Source: Cystobasidiomycetes sp. EMM_F5 (taxonomy: Eukaryota). Taken from it: 20,000 nucleotides of DNA. Below the pieces are notes generated by a model that saw nothing but the letters and a program-made list of their open reading frames with translations, ran no database searches and was not told the DNA's origin. The position numbers and the translations under genes are program-made. Position 1 is the first letter of the stretch; each line of letters starts with the position of its first letter. Location: contig JBPGPT010000020.1 in NCBI GenBank assembly GCA_051047955.1, forward strand, positions 297,883-317,882. Reading direction: 5' to 3'. This document shows, one piece after another, positions 1 to 10,122 of this stretch.

Positions 1-1741
1 CGCGAGTACTCAGGTTGTTACGGCCATTTGAGGCCGGAGTAGCAGGTGGCCCCATAACCTCGCTCGTCATATCTACATAGCTGCTGTCTGCACCTTCGCC
101 TTCGCCGTGCTGTACGGCTTGACTGTCCGATTTCGTCGTGGTGTGTACCTTCTGCACAATTTGCTCGTCGTTTCCGCTTCTCGAGTCCAGACGAGCCAGT
201 GCACGATCAAGGGCTTCTTTGGAGGGCATGCTGATTGGATTTCCCCTGCCAGACGTGAAGCCGACAGGAGTAGAGACTATAGGCAATGAGTCGAGATCCA
301 TCATTTCAATACCTTGAGCGTTCCTATCCATCAATCTTGCAACCCGTTCGACATCTTCGGCCGCCGGCATAGCAACACTCCTACCACTGCCAAGCGTGAA
401 ACCGCCAGTAGGCGAACTTTTGCTGTTGCTGGATCCCGGTATCGTTGTTTGTTCGTGGGCTATCGAATCCGCAGATGATGCCGGAGGAACGTCACGCATG
501 CCAGCATCGAGGTTTGAGACCGCGCGAGCAACGTCTTCTGCTGATGGCATGGCCACTTCACCACCGGCTCCTGTTGTGAAGCCTGAGAATGTGGACTGCG
601 CGGCATTGGCAGTCTTGCCGGCTGTTGCAGCCATTTTTGCTGGCGTGTCGTCTAAGACTATACCGCTGTCATCGGCAGAAGTGAGCGGCGTGACAGGGTC
701 ATCCGATGAACCAGTGCCTCTGTCAAAGACTTCTGCTGTTCGATTGGCTAATAATGATTTCCCCCGTTTTGGTGCAAACCTGAGTGGGGCGATGATTGGT
801 CTTCCAGCATCTGCTTCATATTCTTGTTCAGCTCGCGGTGTTGTGCCCCTGAGAAGAAGGCTATTCTGAGTGGTTTTGGCAACAGGTGTCGCGATCAACG
901 GTCGCGCTCCCCTCCCACGCACAATGGTCGGCGTGTCGACCGTTGTCACCAATGTGGATCGGTTCTGCGCACTGCGAGAAGTTGCAGTCGCTGTTGCATC
1001 TGAGTCGACAGATGCTTCGTTCTTGCCTTGCATTTCGGCAGGACCTGGTGGAGAAGCCATCATCTGGCCAGCTTTTTGCAAAGCCAATTCAGAAGGTGGA
1101 GCCAGGACTGCTCCACGTCCGGAAGTGAAGCCTTTGACGGACAAATTTGGGTTACGTTGAGGTATGGAAGCATTGGCTGATTCACCTCCAATCTTATTTG
1201 ACTGTTTTGACATGACCGGTTCCATGTCCTGGTCATGCTGGTTTGCGAATGAGGTAGAGGCTATAGTACGGTCGATGAATATGTTACGAGGCTCGGCTAA
1301 ATGCCCGAGTCCATACTTGTCAGCGAGAATACGCTCTTCTTCAGCTATTCTGTTGTCCTCTTCCTCCTGCGACGAATTGCGCTGCTTCAACTGTGACTGC
1401 TGGCTTGGCGGATTGACGCGAGATGTGATCTCAGGATAAGCATTAGTTGTAGCTGCGTTTTGTAAGATGGTTGTTTCGGCATTGCCATATGACGATGCCA
1501 CCCTTGTTGGCTGGCTGGGACTTAGATTCAGCAGAGCGGCCTCGTCCAGATCTTCAGGAAGCAGCCCTTCCCAGTCATCGTACTCTGCACTGAACTCGTC
1601 TGTATCATCAAATGATAAATCTCCGCCATTCCTGTTCAAAACATGCTCTGTTGACGCTTCTGCCGCTTCCACTTCCGCAATCTTGCGTTTCCTGCCAGCG
1701 GTGGGGTCAGCACGACCGGGCAGCTGCAGGTAAGCTTGCAT
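1..1741 (-). CDS. BRH2: BRCA2/Brh2-like recombination mediator, N-terminal part (continues past the left edge)
   Basis: Minus frame is open from ATG 1741 (MQAYLQLPGRADPTAGRKRKIAEVE...) to the window edge and is missing from the ORF track. It is largely low-complexity, with four BRC-like repeats such as GFTSGRGNPISMPSKEALDRALARLD. The DNA-binding domain is not in the window. An upstream exon is possible, so the start is uncertain. Confidence 0.72.
   Translation of the reverse strand, partial: MQAYLQLPGRADPTAGRKRKIAEVEAAEASTEHVLNRNGGDLSFDDTDEFSAEYDDWEGLLPEDLDEAALLNLSPSQPTRVASSYGNAETTILQNAATTNAYPEITSRVNPPSQQSQLKQRNSSQEEEDNRIAEEERILADKYGLGHLAEPRNIFIDRTIASTSFANQHDQDMEPVMSKQSNKIGGESANASIPQRNPNLSVKGFTSGRGAVLAPPSELALQKAGQMMASPPGPAEMQGKNEASVDSDATATATSRSAQNRSTLVTTVDTPTIVRGRGARPLIATPVAKTTQNSLLLRGTTPRAEQEYEADAGRPIIAPLRFAPKRGKSLLANRTAEVFDRGTGSSDDPVTPLTSADDSGIVLDDTPAKMAATAGKTANAAQSTFSGFTTGAGGEVAMPSAEDVARAVSNLDAGMRDVPPASSADSIAHEQTTIPGSSNSKSSPTGGFTLGSGRSVAMPAAEDVERVARLMDRNAQGIEMMDLDSLPIVSTPVGFTSGRGNPISMPSKEALDRALARLDSRSGNDEQIVQKVHTTTKSDSQAVQHGEGEGADSSYVDMTSEVMGPPATPASNGRNNLSTR
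185..1132 (-). repeat. Four BRC-like protein repeats (1058-1132, 506-583, 326-403, 185-262)
   Basis: GFTSGRGAVLAPPSELALQKAGQMM; GFTTGAGGEVAMPSAEDVARAVSNLD; GFTLGSGRSVAMPAAEDVERVARLMD; GFTSGRGNPISMPSKEALDRALARLD. All are in one frame and resemble the BRC pattern F-x-T-A-S-G-K-x-V-x-V-S-x-x-x-L-x-K-A. Confidence 0.8.
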
Positions 1742-2009
1742 GTTGGATGGACATAGCCTTCAGCATGCAGATATCGTGGTTGATGGTCAATTGGCAACAT
1801 GTCAAATTACGAGTAAACAACGTACGCGCGTAGGGGATGATCGATGCCGGCAATGCAAAGACAAAGCAGATCACTCGCAGCTCTAGTACTCTGCACCAAC
1901 GACGATGGGACATACATTGCAACTGAGTCTACGTGTGCAGCTGGCTGACGAGCTCGCTCAGCGACAGTCGTTTCCGTCTGACAATGCAGCCCCCACAAAT
2001 TAGAAAGAA

Positions 2010-3874
2010 ATGCTAACTTACCCATTCAACTCACGCACACGTCAGCATTGTCGGACACTTCCCTCGCTAAAGACCTCTTCAATCCCTCGCTCGCTTCCTG
2101 CAGGTTGGCTTCGATTCTTTCATCCGCTTGCTGCTGCGCATCAGACGAGACAATGCGCAGCAGCAAGCGGACCACTTAACAGCTGCTGGTGAAGCCATCC
2201 TGGATATATCGAAGCTGATTGATTTGGCGGATTACGCTGAAGTGGGTCGCTTAATGCGTGAACTGACGGCGATCCAGAAGTTCTCAAGCTCACAGATCGC
2301 TTTGCCCCCTCTTTCCGCAAAATCATTAGGCAATTCTTCCTGCCTGTCGAAGATGCGTCTGACGGACCACTTCGCACATTGTATCTGGAATGGCTAGTCG
2401 AACAGGTCACTGAGAACGGAGAGCGACTAAACGTTGAGGAATGGGTCGATCCGCGCCGTAATCGTAACCGTAGCTGGACACCCTTTATCAAATCTATCGC
2501 TTCTGCTATGCCAACCGCATCCATTCCATCCGGCGCGAGCGTGTCTCCCTTGCCTTATCCACAATCCTCGATGTCCTCAGCCACCGCGTGGTAGAAGATT
2601 TATCTGAAAACCGTCGCAAGGAACTCTGCGAAAGAACGGCCGCCTTCTTCTCCCCGCGCTTCATTCATCACGAGCCCTTTCCCCTAGACGCAAATCATCC
2701 TCTGTTCGGCATCGTTGCAAATGAACATCGTGCTCCATGGCTTCAAGCTATCAGGCCGGTGTACCGCCTCCTTGCATACATAATCACGCCGCTGAATTGC
2801 TCAATCCCGCTGTCGCTCAAATCCCCTGCACGTATTGCGACGGACTGAGCGTCTAGCGGACTACAATATGTGGCGAGTCGACGGGGACGTTCTAGAACGC
2901 ACTGGCTACTCCGTCAAAATCAAGGCCAACAAATACAAACGCCGCAAGGAAAAGCGTCAAATTCGAAGCAAAGCCCGTGTGCGGGACAGTGACCGGGTAG
3001 GAGCCGGAAATGCCGCACGAAAACCTTCCAAGCAATGCTCCAAGGTCGTACGTGGCTGTCGGACGTGGCACTGGGCCGGCACAGAAGTTGCATGCGTCTG
3101 CCTCAGCTTGGGTGAGTCTTCGACGCATGCGCCATAAACCACGCTGACAATGCATACAGAAAACCTTCCAATACCTTGCTCGTAAGACTTGGACAGCTTG
3201 GGCGCCTGAAAAAGGTACAAGCTATGTGGACAATCTTGGCTTGCCTGGAGCTCCTACAGGTCCGATACCTGCGCCTGCAATCCCGCCAGCGATGCCGAAT
3301 CCACCGCCAATGCTCACTCAGCTGCAAGAGTATAGACCTGCTGCTTGTGAGAATCAATTCCATTCGTGAGTCATCGATTCGGGGTAGTGGCATATGCAGC
3401 CGCTGACGCTGTCACTCAACAGTCGGCCCAAGCGTCAACCCTGGCTCGATCTCAGCACGCGGTGCCGATGCCGAGATTCTGCCATTTCCAGGCGATAAAA
3501 GTGAGCTCATACCCAAGCTGCCTTCTCTGTAATTGTCGCAACTGATGCATATTCGCGATCCTGCGCAAGGCCAGCAGCTTTACCAGCTACCGGAATGCAT
3601 GTGCATATGCTATCCGGTAGAGGCTGGCAGCAAGCCAGTCATCGAAATCCTTCCTGCAGAACACCTACATTCTCCGACTTAAGCGCCAAAGCCGGACGAG
3701 ATGGTTGCAACCCTGTTGCGCTCTATCGTCAGAAGCAAGGAGCAGGAGCAGCTCTTCACATCCCCACTGGAGGAGGTTGTAGCAAGGATTAGAGCACTCG
3801 TATGGAGGTTCGATGACGCGCGCGATCGTCATGCGTACCATCGCGTTCTCAACGTGTGCCTCGAAATCTGTTGA
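2010..3874 (+). pseudogene. Frameshifted, internally deleted relic related to the middle of the XPG-Fanzor-like protein at 15797-20000
   Basis: Coding-like blocks switch frame several times and contain in-frame stops. Canonical introns remain at 3112-3159 and 3366-3422 (GTGAGT..GCTGAC..CAG), with a further donor at 3501. Eight short peptide blocks resemble the intact protein in the same order. Confidence 0.58.
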
Positions 3875-4281
3875 TTCGAGCATATACAGACGTTGCTGGT
3901 GTCTGTAAACTTCTTACCAGTAATATACATAGTAACCCTTCTTTAATCTCATCCTGAGTGACCTGAGACTGTTGGTGTGAGCGGATGTACACCCACGAAG
4001 GCGGAATCTTTCACGCTTTGAGAGGCGTGGTAAGGCGTGTGTGAGGCCTTTGCGACATGCAGAGGGAAAAGTCAGCATTTCTATAGAGGTCACTGCCGGG
4101 ATATATAGCTATTCAATAGGGTGGAGCAAGGCAGCGATGCGAGAAGATATCCTGTTGGTCGTCAGTCTCTTGCTCCTTTTCAATATCACAGTCCCGCTCG
4201 CGAATGGCGACCAGGACTTGGCTTTCGGTAGCGTTTGTGGAGATCTTGATCTTATTCTGACCGTCAGCGCAGTGAGTACGC

Positions 4282-5709
4282 ATGCCCATACCATGGTCAC
4301 CACATCGCGTCAAGACGAGCTGCAAGCTTGGGATTCAGCGGATCCGTACGACTATCGGTCAGTATGACGATGATATGGCCAGCGACGGCATCTTAGGTCA
4401 AGCTCGCCGGAGCTGACAGCGGCAACATTCCTCACATCCTGACTGTCTGCAATGTGCCATACTGCATGACTTGCTAAATCGCTCTCTCTTGTTGGTTGTA
4501 ACGACAGAAAAGAACGAGAGTCTGGCCAAGAAGTCGAGACGAGAAGTGGCCCTTTTGCTCGAGCAAGGCAAGATTGAGACTGCCAAGATACGCACAGAAT
4601 CTCTCATACTTCAGGATGCGCACAACGAGCTGTAAGTGACGGCTGTCCTGCTTGGGAGGGCTTGATGTCCGACAAGCGGGTGTGGCGACGAGGTCTGGCT
4701 GGACGCTTCTGCTAGCACTCCGCTGACGCATTATTTGTCTTCCCCTCATTTCTCTGCTCCGCTTCATCGATTCATCTCTGGCGTGTCCATGGCTCGCTCA
4801 AATGCGCCTTTAACGCACTGACCGATGACCTATACGCACGCCGTCATTTGCACTTTCGATGAACCAGTCTGGAACTGCTCGAACTTTACTTGGAGTTGAT
4901 ACTTGCTCGCTTTGGACTGCTCGAGACCGCCTCTCCGTCAAGCAAAGAACCCGATGAGGGAGTGCGAGAAGCGATATGCGCGGTCGTATACTCGGCGCAA
5001 CGAACGGAGATTCGCGAACTACACGCTATACGCGAAGCTCTGATGCAGCGCTTCGGCAGAGATTGGGCTCTGAGCGTTATGGAAGGTGCATCCGGGGTAT
5101 CCAACCGCATTACGAATAAGCTGTCTACAAAGACGCCAGACAACGACTGGGTTGACATGTACCTGTACGAGATTGCAAAAGCTTATCAAGTTGATTGGAA
5201 GCCGGAGGGCCTAGCGGAGTTGGAAACTACAATAAGCGACAAAGACGGCGAGAGCAGTACAGCTGCACAGGAGGAAAGGCTGCAGGAAGCTGCCTTAAGC
5301 ACTCCACATACGTCCCAGCCTGCCGGACCGTCAGACGATAATGATGGCCCTTCGACGGCTCTACCAACCGCACCGTCTTCGATACCTTCACTAAAAGACG
5401 TTCGATCATCCACCTCGCATGTTCCTATAGTGCACTCGCCTCCGACTGGACCCTCGGCATCTGACACTTCATTAGGCTCAACGACGACACTTCCTAGTAT
5501 TCCTCCGACCGACCCCGATGAGGCTTCCCATACAGTTATCATCAGGAGCAATTTAGGAACAACGGCGCCTCAGAGAAGCGCAGCAGTAAGCAAGTCGCAG
5601 GACAGCAAGTTTGACGTAAGTCGAGTGCGGAGACAAGGTATCTGGATACTGACAGAGGCGTCAAATCCAGGACCTGACAAAGCGATTCGAGGCACTCAAG
5701 CGGCGATGA
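4282..5709 (+). CDS. IST1: IST1, ESCRT-III-associated regulator of Vps4; exons 4282-4357, 4508-4631, 4868-5615, 5671-5709
   Basis: Spliced translation MPIPWSPHRVKTSCKLGIQRIRTTIEKNESLAKKSRREVALLLEQGKIETAKIRTESLI...LELLELYLELILARFGLL...YLYEIAKAY, then a low-complexity linker and a MIM-type C-terminus FDDLTKRFEALKRR*. All three introns are GT-AG and phase-compatible. Confidence 0.93.
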
Positions 5710-5839
5710 CCTTGTTTTTTCCCCATGTACACCGTCTCTACCTACAGAGTGTATCAACCAATGCTACATACGTACGCCCACTATCTTCAATTGTAGAGGT
5801 CCCTCCACCTGCTGACAAACAACAATTGCGAGTGGGAAC

Positions 5840-6787
5840 CTAAATAAGATTGAAACGACGTCTTCTCATTCGATGATTGCTGGCTGGAGATCCAGCTTGA
5901 GAATCAGCTGATTTATAGCCGCATTCCGATGCTGCTGGCTGATCGTCTTGCGAAAGCGGGCTGCTCGGGGCTGATTGTACTTTGAGACGATGGTATCCTG
6001 GTGAGACCGATGTTACTGGGGAGACTTGCGCCTCTGATTCATCCGTAGCTGCGTAACATAAATCGGGCATGGGCTCCGACGAGCTCCGCACAGGCCTTGG
6101 CCGTGGGTGGCCATGTAGCGGAGAATCGCACAGATGATTATCCAGCTGATGCATGAGCGGTGTAGACTCAGTGCGGACCAGTATGCAGGATTGGGTATTG
6201 CATCCTCCCAATGCTGCGTGCTTCAGGCAGAAGCGGCTGAATAAGTTGCAGACAGATCTCCTGCAATGTGTAGCTGCACATTGGTGCGCAAAGCAATGAG
6301 GAGCCCAATCCACGTGTTCCTTTGAGCAACCTTGGACCGCACATGCGTGCTTTGAGCAGTATCCCCGTAATGGTTCAGATGAGAGCGGCTCGACAGCGAG
6401 AAGAAGGCACCCGCGATGGCTGCAAGAATGTAGATCGCAAAAGCTCCGGCAAGGCTCGCGTCTCCTGATGCACTCTAGTTCAGTGCAGGTATGTTGGGCG
6501 CAGAATAGTCCCCGCTTCTCTAGACGGAGTCGACCACAGGCTTGTTGGGCGCATCGATGGAGAACACAAGCTTCATCGCCTACAAACTCGACCGGTATCG
6601 GACATTTGATGCACCGTGCCAGGCTAGAAGAGGATGCAAGAGCATCCGCTGAGGCATCTGAGAGTGTCATGGGTATCAAGGGGACGACGGAGACAAGTGC
6701 AGACAGGTGTGGTGGTGGCGACTCGGGCCATTCGGCGGCCGTCTGACGGTGTGGTTTTCGTCTGATGTTGAGACTGTAGTCGGACAT
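5840..6787 (-). CDS. Uncharacterised protein with tandem C-x4-C-x(9-15)-C-x2-H repeats (zinc-finger-like), paralog A
   Basis: The 327-aa ORF has its first ATG at 6787. It carries five consecutive units such as CAQQACGRLRLEKRGLFCAQH and CAVQGCSKEHVDWAPHCFAH, then a Ser/Pro-rich tail ending in basic RMRRRRF. Confidence 0.75.
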   Translation of the reverse strand: MSDYSLNIRRKPHRQTAAEWPESPPPHLSALVSVVPLIPMTLSDASADALASSSSLARCIKCPIPVEFVGDEACVLHRCAQQACGRLRLEKRGLFCAQHTCTELECIRRREPCRSFCDLHSCSHRGCLLLAVEPLSSEPLRGYCSKHACAVQGCSKEHVDWAPHCFAHQCAATHCRRSVCNLFSRFCLKHAALGGCNTQSCILVRTESTPLMHQLDNHLCDSPLHGHPRPRPVRSSSEPMPDLCYAATDESEAQVSPVTSVSPGYHRLKVQSAPSSPLSQDDQPAASECGYKSADSQAGSPASNHRMRRRRFNLI

Positions 6788-7663
6788 GGTTGCAAGTATC
6801 CGGGAAGACGTGCAGCAAGACATGGAGCAAAAGAGTGCAATGTACAGAAGGAGAAGAAGAAAATGGCCTCAAGCCCCCTTAAAAGGAATAGATTGACAGT
6901 CATTGTCACTGTATCAGGGCGTCCAAAATGGCAATCGGATCCTTCACTACGCCCAACAACGCTCCGGGCGTCCTCCAAATGTCTTGCGTTTTCGCGTTGC
7001 GTGGTTCGCATCGCTTTCTGTCGCCTTAAGGGTTTCGGTGAGAACCCTGCAGGTCGCGCGTTCACTAAGAGCTTTCGGTGAGCGTGTATTTCGGTTCTAC
7101 CCGTAACCATGTTCGCTGACGCGAAAAACAGGGCGTTGGGATCTAGTCAAGGCTGCTGTGTCTGTACATGTGGACTCATGACGTGTTCATTTATACGACA
7201 AGGCTTCTAGACGATTCGACCAGATGTACGGTTTGGTCTTCATAAGCATTGTCACTGCTGCCCGGTTGGGGGTTTTTCACATGCTATGCACTGATGCTGC
7301 ACTTGCTACGGGTCTCTGCGGAGTTGCATGTACCTGGCCCACGTTGCGAACCGTCAAGATGGTAATGGGATCAAACGCAGATGGATCCCATTGCAGACAG
7401 AGCGTGGAAGCCATATAGACGCAAACGTAGAGTTTGCATGCATTGCATATTGTGTCTCTTCAACTATGGCTACAGTGCATTTTATCACATTTAGACAACG
7501 GAAACGAATATAAGATGTATTCAGGCCCAGCCACCGGAGTATGGCAGGCGCTGCGTCCTTGAGGAGTGAGACAGTGTTTGCGACGGTGTCTCGTGAAGCC
7601 GATTTGCAAGTGTAATGTAATGTAGTATAGGAGTGCGCTGTGGCTGACACGACGCTAGCGATG

Positions 7664-8357
7664 TCACCTTTCCGTACGCCGTAGTTCTAAACGGACGGCT
7701 GAGTTGCGATTTGAAGGAGAAGTTGATGATACGGTGACCATGTCCAGCTGATAATGAAGATTGTCGACATCCGCATCGATACGCAGGTGCTTGCGAGTGT
7801 AGGACTGATCGCGCCGCTGGCCATAATCTGCAATGTCACGGGAGATAGCGAGTCGTAAGCCATGATGAACTCGGCCGCTTTGAAAAACTTTGCGTACCTC
7901 TACCGCTATGATATGTGCAACATTTGCCCCAATCCATCCTCTGGTTGCTGCATCCACTCTTGCTGCAAGCGTGAGTTGGGCAGTAAGGAGAATTCTGCTC
8001 TGTATCTACTGCATGCACACAATTCTTGACTCTACACTGATGTTGTTGGCAGAAGAGTCTGCAGGGCTGGCGGACGGTGCTGCAGCCACGGATGCGGCAC
8101 GCGTGTTCTGTGCAGAAAGAGCTATCTTCAAGGCGAAGTTGGCTGCATCCAGGAGCGGCACAACCGTGAAAGATACAGCCCATATCGAGAGAATTGTCCA
8201 CGGGCAGCGAGCAGACACCACAAAAGTGTTGACGGGATGTAGAAGCGAAAGCCATTGTCGGCAATGGGACTTGTGACAGTAGGCGTTCTAGCGTAGCACA
8301 GGCTTTGGCGTTGTTCAGGGTAGACTTTTCAATCGTTGGAAGTCCGGGCGCTGTCAT
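7664..8357 (-). CDS. Uncharacterised Cys/His-repeat protein, paralog B; probable intron 7828-7897
   Basis: Four repeat units align with paralog A (LRLE, RxPCRxFC, AV[ED], YC, HAC, DW). A GTACGC..TTGCAG intron joins in phase to the 7664 ORF tail, whose LHYQLD matches LMHQLD in paralog A. The start at ATG 8357 is uncertain. Confidence 0.7.
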
Positions 8358-9152
8358 AGGACTCGAGGAGCTAAGAGTCTTGCGGAGAGCGTACGCGATG
8401 TTTGGAGTAATGTGGCCAAACACCGACTGTGGCAGAACTTTGCGGCTTGTCGCGAAGGGATTCTGTAGCAGTTACTTGGATGTGGGAAAGGAGAGGAAAA
8501 GAGGAGCGAAGAGCTTTGCAATTTGAAAGCCGCGTCATGTCGCAGCGGCAGCGTCCTCCAGGCACTTCCAGGCGTCCGGGCGTAGGAGGCCGCCCAATCG
8601 AGCTGAAGGACCTCTGTCGTTGGCCGGGCAAACAGGCAACCACTTCCCCTACAAGAACCGTTGGCTCGAATGAAGTCATATCGCTGTAAAACGGGTTGAA
8701 CGCCGTTGCGCTGGCAGTCCGCCTCACTTTTTGGCGGGCGGCCTCTTTCCAGAGTCAACGTTTCTCGACGCCCGGTTGCGCTGTGGGCTGTCATGTTGAA
8801 CGGGCGGTTGGCTGTCTGCCTTCTGTGTGCTCACAACTCTCAGCCTCGTCTGCACTTTTGGCTGCCTTTTTGGCTGCACTTTTGGCGTCAGAGTTGGACA
8901 TCAGGGTGCATTGAAAGGGCAGCATACCGCTGTCAACGCCGACTCCGCGAGTTCTTATCACGCGAAAGTCAGCTGCAGCGTCGCTCCAGTAGAGGTGCCG
9001 GCGTCGTCAGCGGTGGTCGTCAGAAGATGGCCGGGCGTCGCATAAAATGTAGCTCGCTTTTCTTTTGGCCTTTGTACATCAGCCTGAACGCGACAAGAGC
9101 AGTGACATCCATCGTGCGGGAAGACTGTTGCAGGCGCAAGGCCCGCTGTAAA

Positions 9153-9796
9153 ATGTCTGCCGCTGTGTCGACCGCTGCAGCTGTCAGTGCAGCGACACCA
9201 AACTCGGATGCGGAGTCAGCCAGGCCCCGTCAGCCAGATGCAAGCAAGACCGTCAGCATCACAGTCGAGTTTGGGTCAGTCTAGCGGTCTTTGTGCACAT
9301 TAGCCAGAGTTCGTATGGTCTGATGTCGGATATCTCGTCGAAACAGCGGCGGAATGGAAGTCCTCTTCGACTACAAGCGGACACACAAGCTGAACCTTCC
9401 CATACCCGTTCCGACTAACGACGAAGACGCTCGCTCGTCACCTGGCCCCGTTGCTGACATCCGCTACCTCATTGGCTACCTCCGCAAACATCTCCTCACT
9501 GATCAAAACCGCCCGGAACTGTTTGTACAGGGCGAGACTGTGTGCGTGCTGCTTTGGTTGTGGGGAAGGCCGTATGCGAATGCTAATACTCTCCCCTTGC
9601 TCTCCACAGCCGGCCTGGGATTCTCGTACTCATCAACGATACAGACTGGGAGCTCGAAGGTGGCCTGGACTATGCAATCCAGCCAAGAGACAATATAATG
9701 TTCATTTCCAGTACGTCTACTTGCTACAGATGACCTTAAGTGTCTAATTGTGGTTGATGTCTGTATTTTTCACATTCAGCGCTGCACGGTGGATAG
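9153..9796 (+). CDS. URM1: Ubiquitin-related modifier Urm1; exons 9153-9274, 9347-9541, 9610-9710, 9780-9796
   Basis: Spliced product contains ITVEFGGGMEVLF...[28 protein letters not shown]...IMFISTLHGG*, the hallmark Urm1 motifs with the C-terminal GG. Confidence 0.96.
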
Positions 9797-10122
9797 AACG
9801 CAAGCAGGCTATGGCTGCAGCACTCCAAGGGCGCATGTCGAAATGCGCATAGCATGCCCCACTCAATCACCGTTTCGGAAACCTCGCCAAGGAGGGAAGC
9901 ACTCATCGACAGTGACCAGGCGGTTGATCGCGTCCAGCTTTGGCGATGCCAATTGCGGGCAGTGCCTAGTTGAGCACCCTATCACGAGTGCTCGCCTCAG
10001 CAGCAATCGTAACATATGCCGTCCTGAAGTGAAATGGCTGCGACGACAGTTTTGGGCGGAACGGGCCAGCCAAAGAAGCCGACCGCTTCGGCGATGTACA
10101 TATCAGAATTACCGTTGTGTAA

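Noticed and set aside
396..1733. Series of plus-strand ORFs
   Set aside because: They are antisense shadows of the continuous minus-strand BRH2 frame.
2246..3000. Tiny GT-AG introns (2246-2277, 2445-2473, 2832-2856, 2979-3000) could restore the frame of the relic
   Set aside because: At 22-32 nt they are far below the other introns in the window (47 nt or more) and have weak splice signals. Such pairs arise easily by chance, and other stops and deletions remain. Frameshift decay is simpler, though RNA-seq could overturn this.
4041..4367. 108-aa ORF with a hydrophobic stretch
   Set aside because: It has a non-ATG start, overlaps IST1 exon 1 out of frame and carries no recognisable motif.
4358..4447. 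ATGACGA...CTGA...CTGA in IST1 intron 1, resembling a box C/D snoRNA
   Set aside because: The C-box candidate abuts the 5' splice site, the CTGA hits double as branch-site motifs, and I recognise no rRNA-complementary guide.
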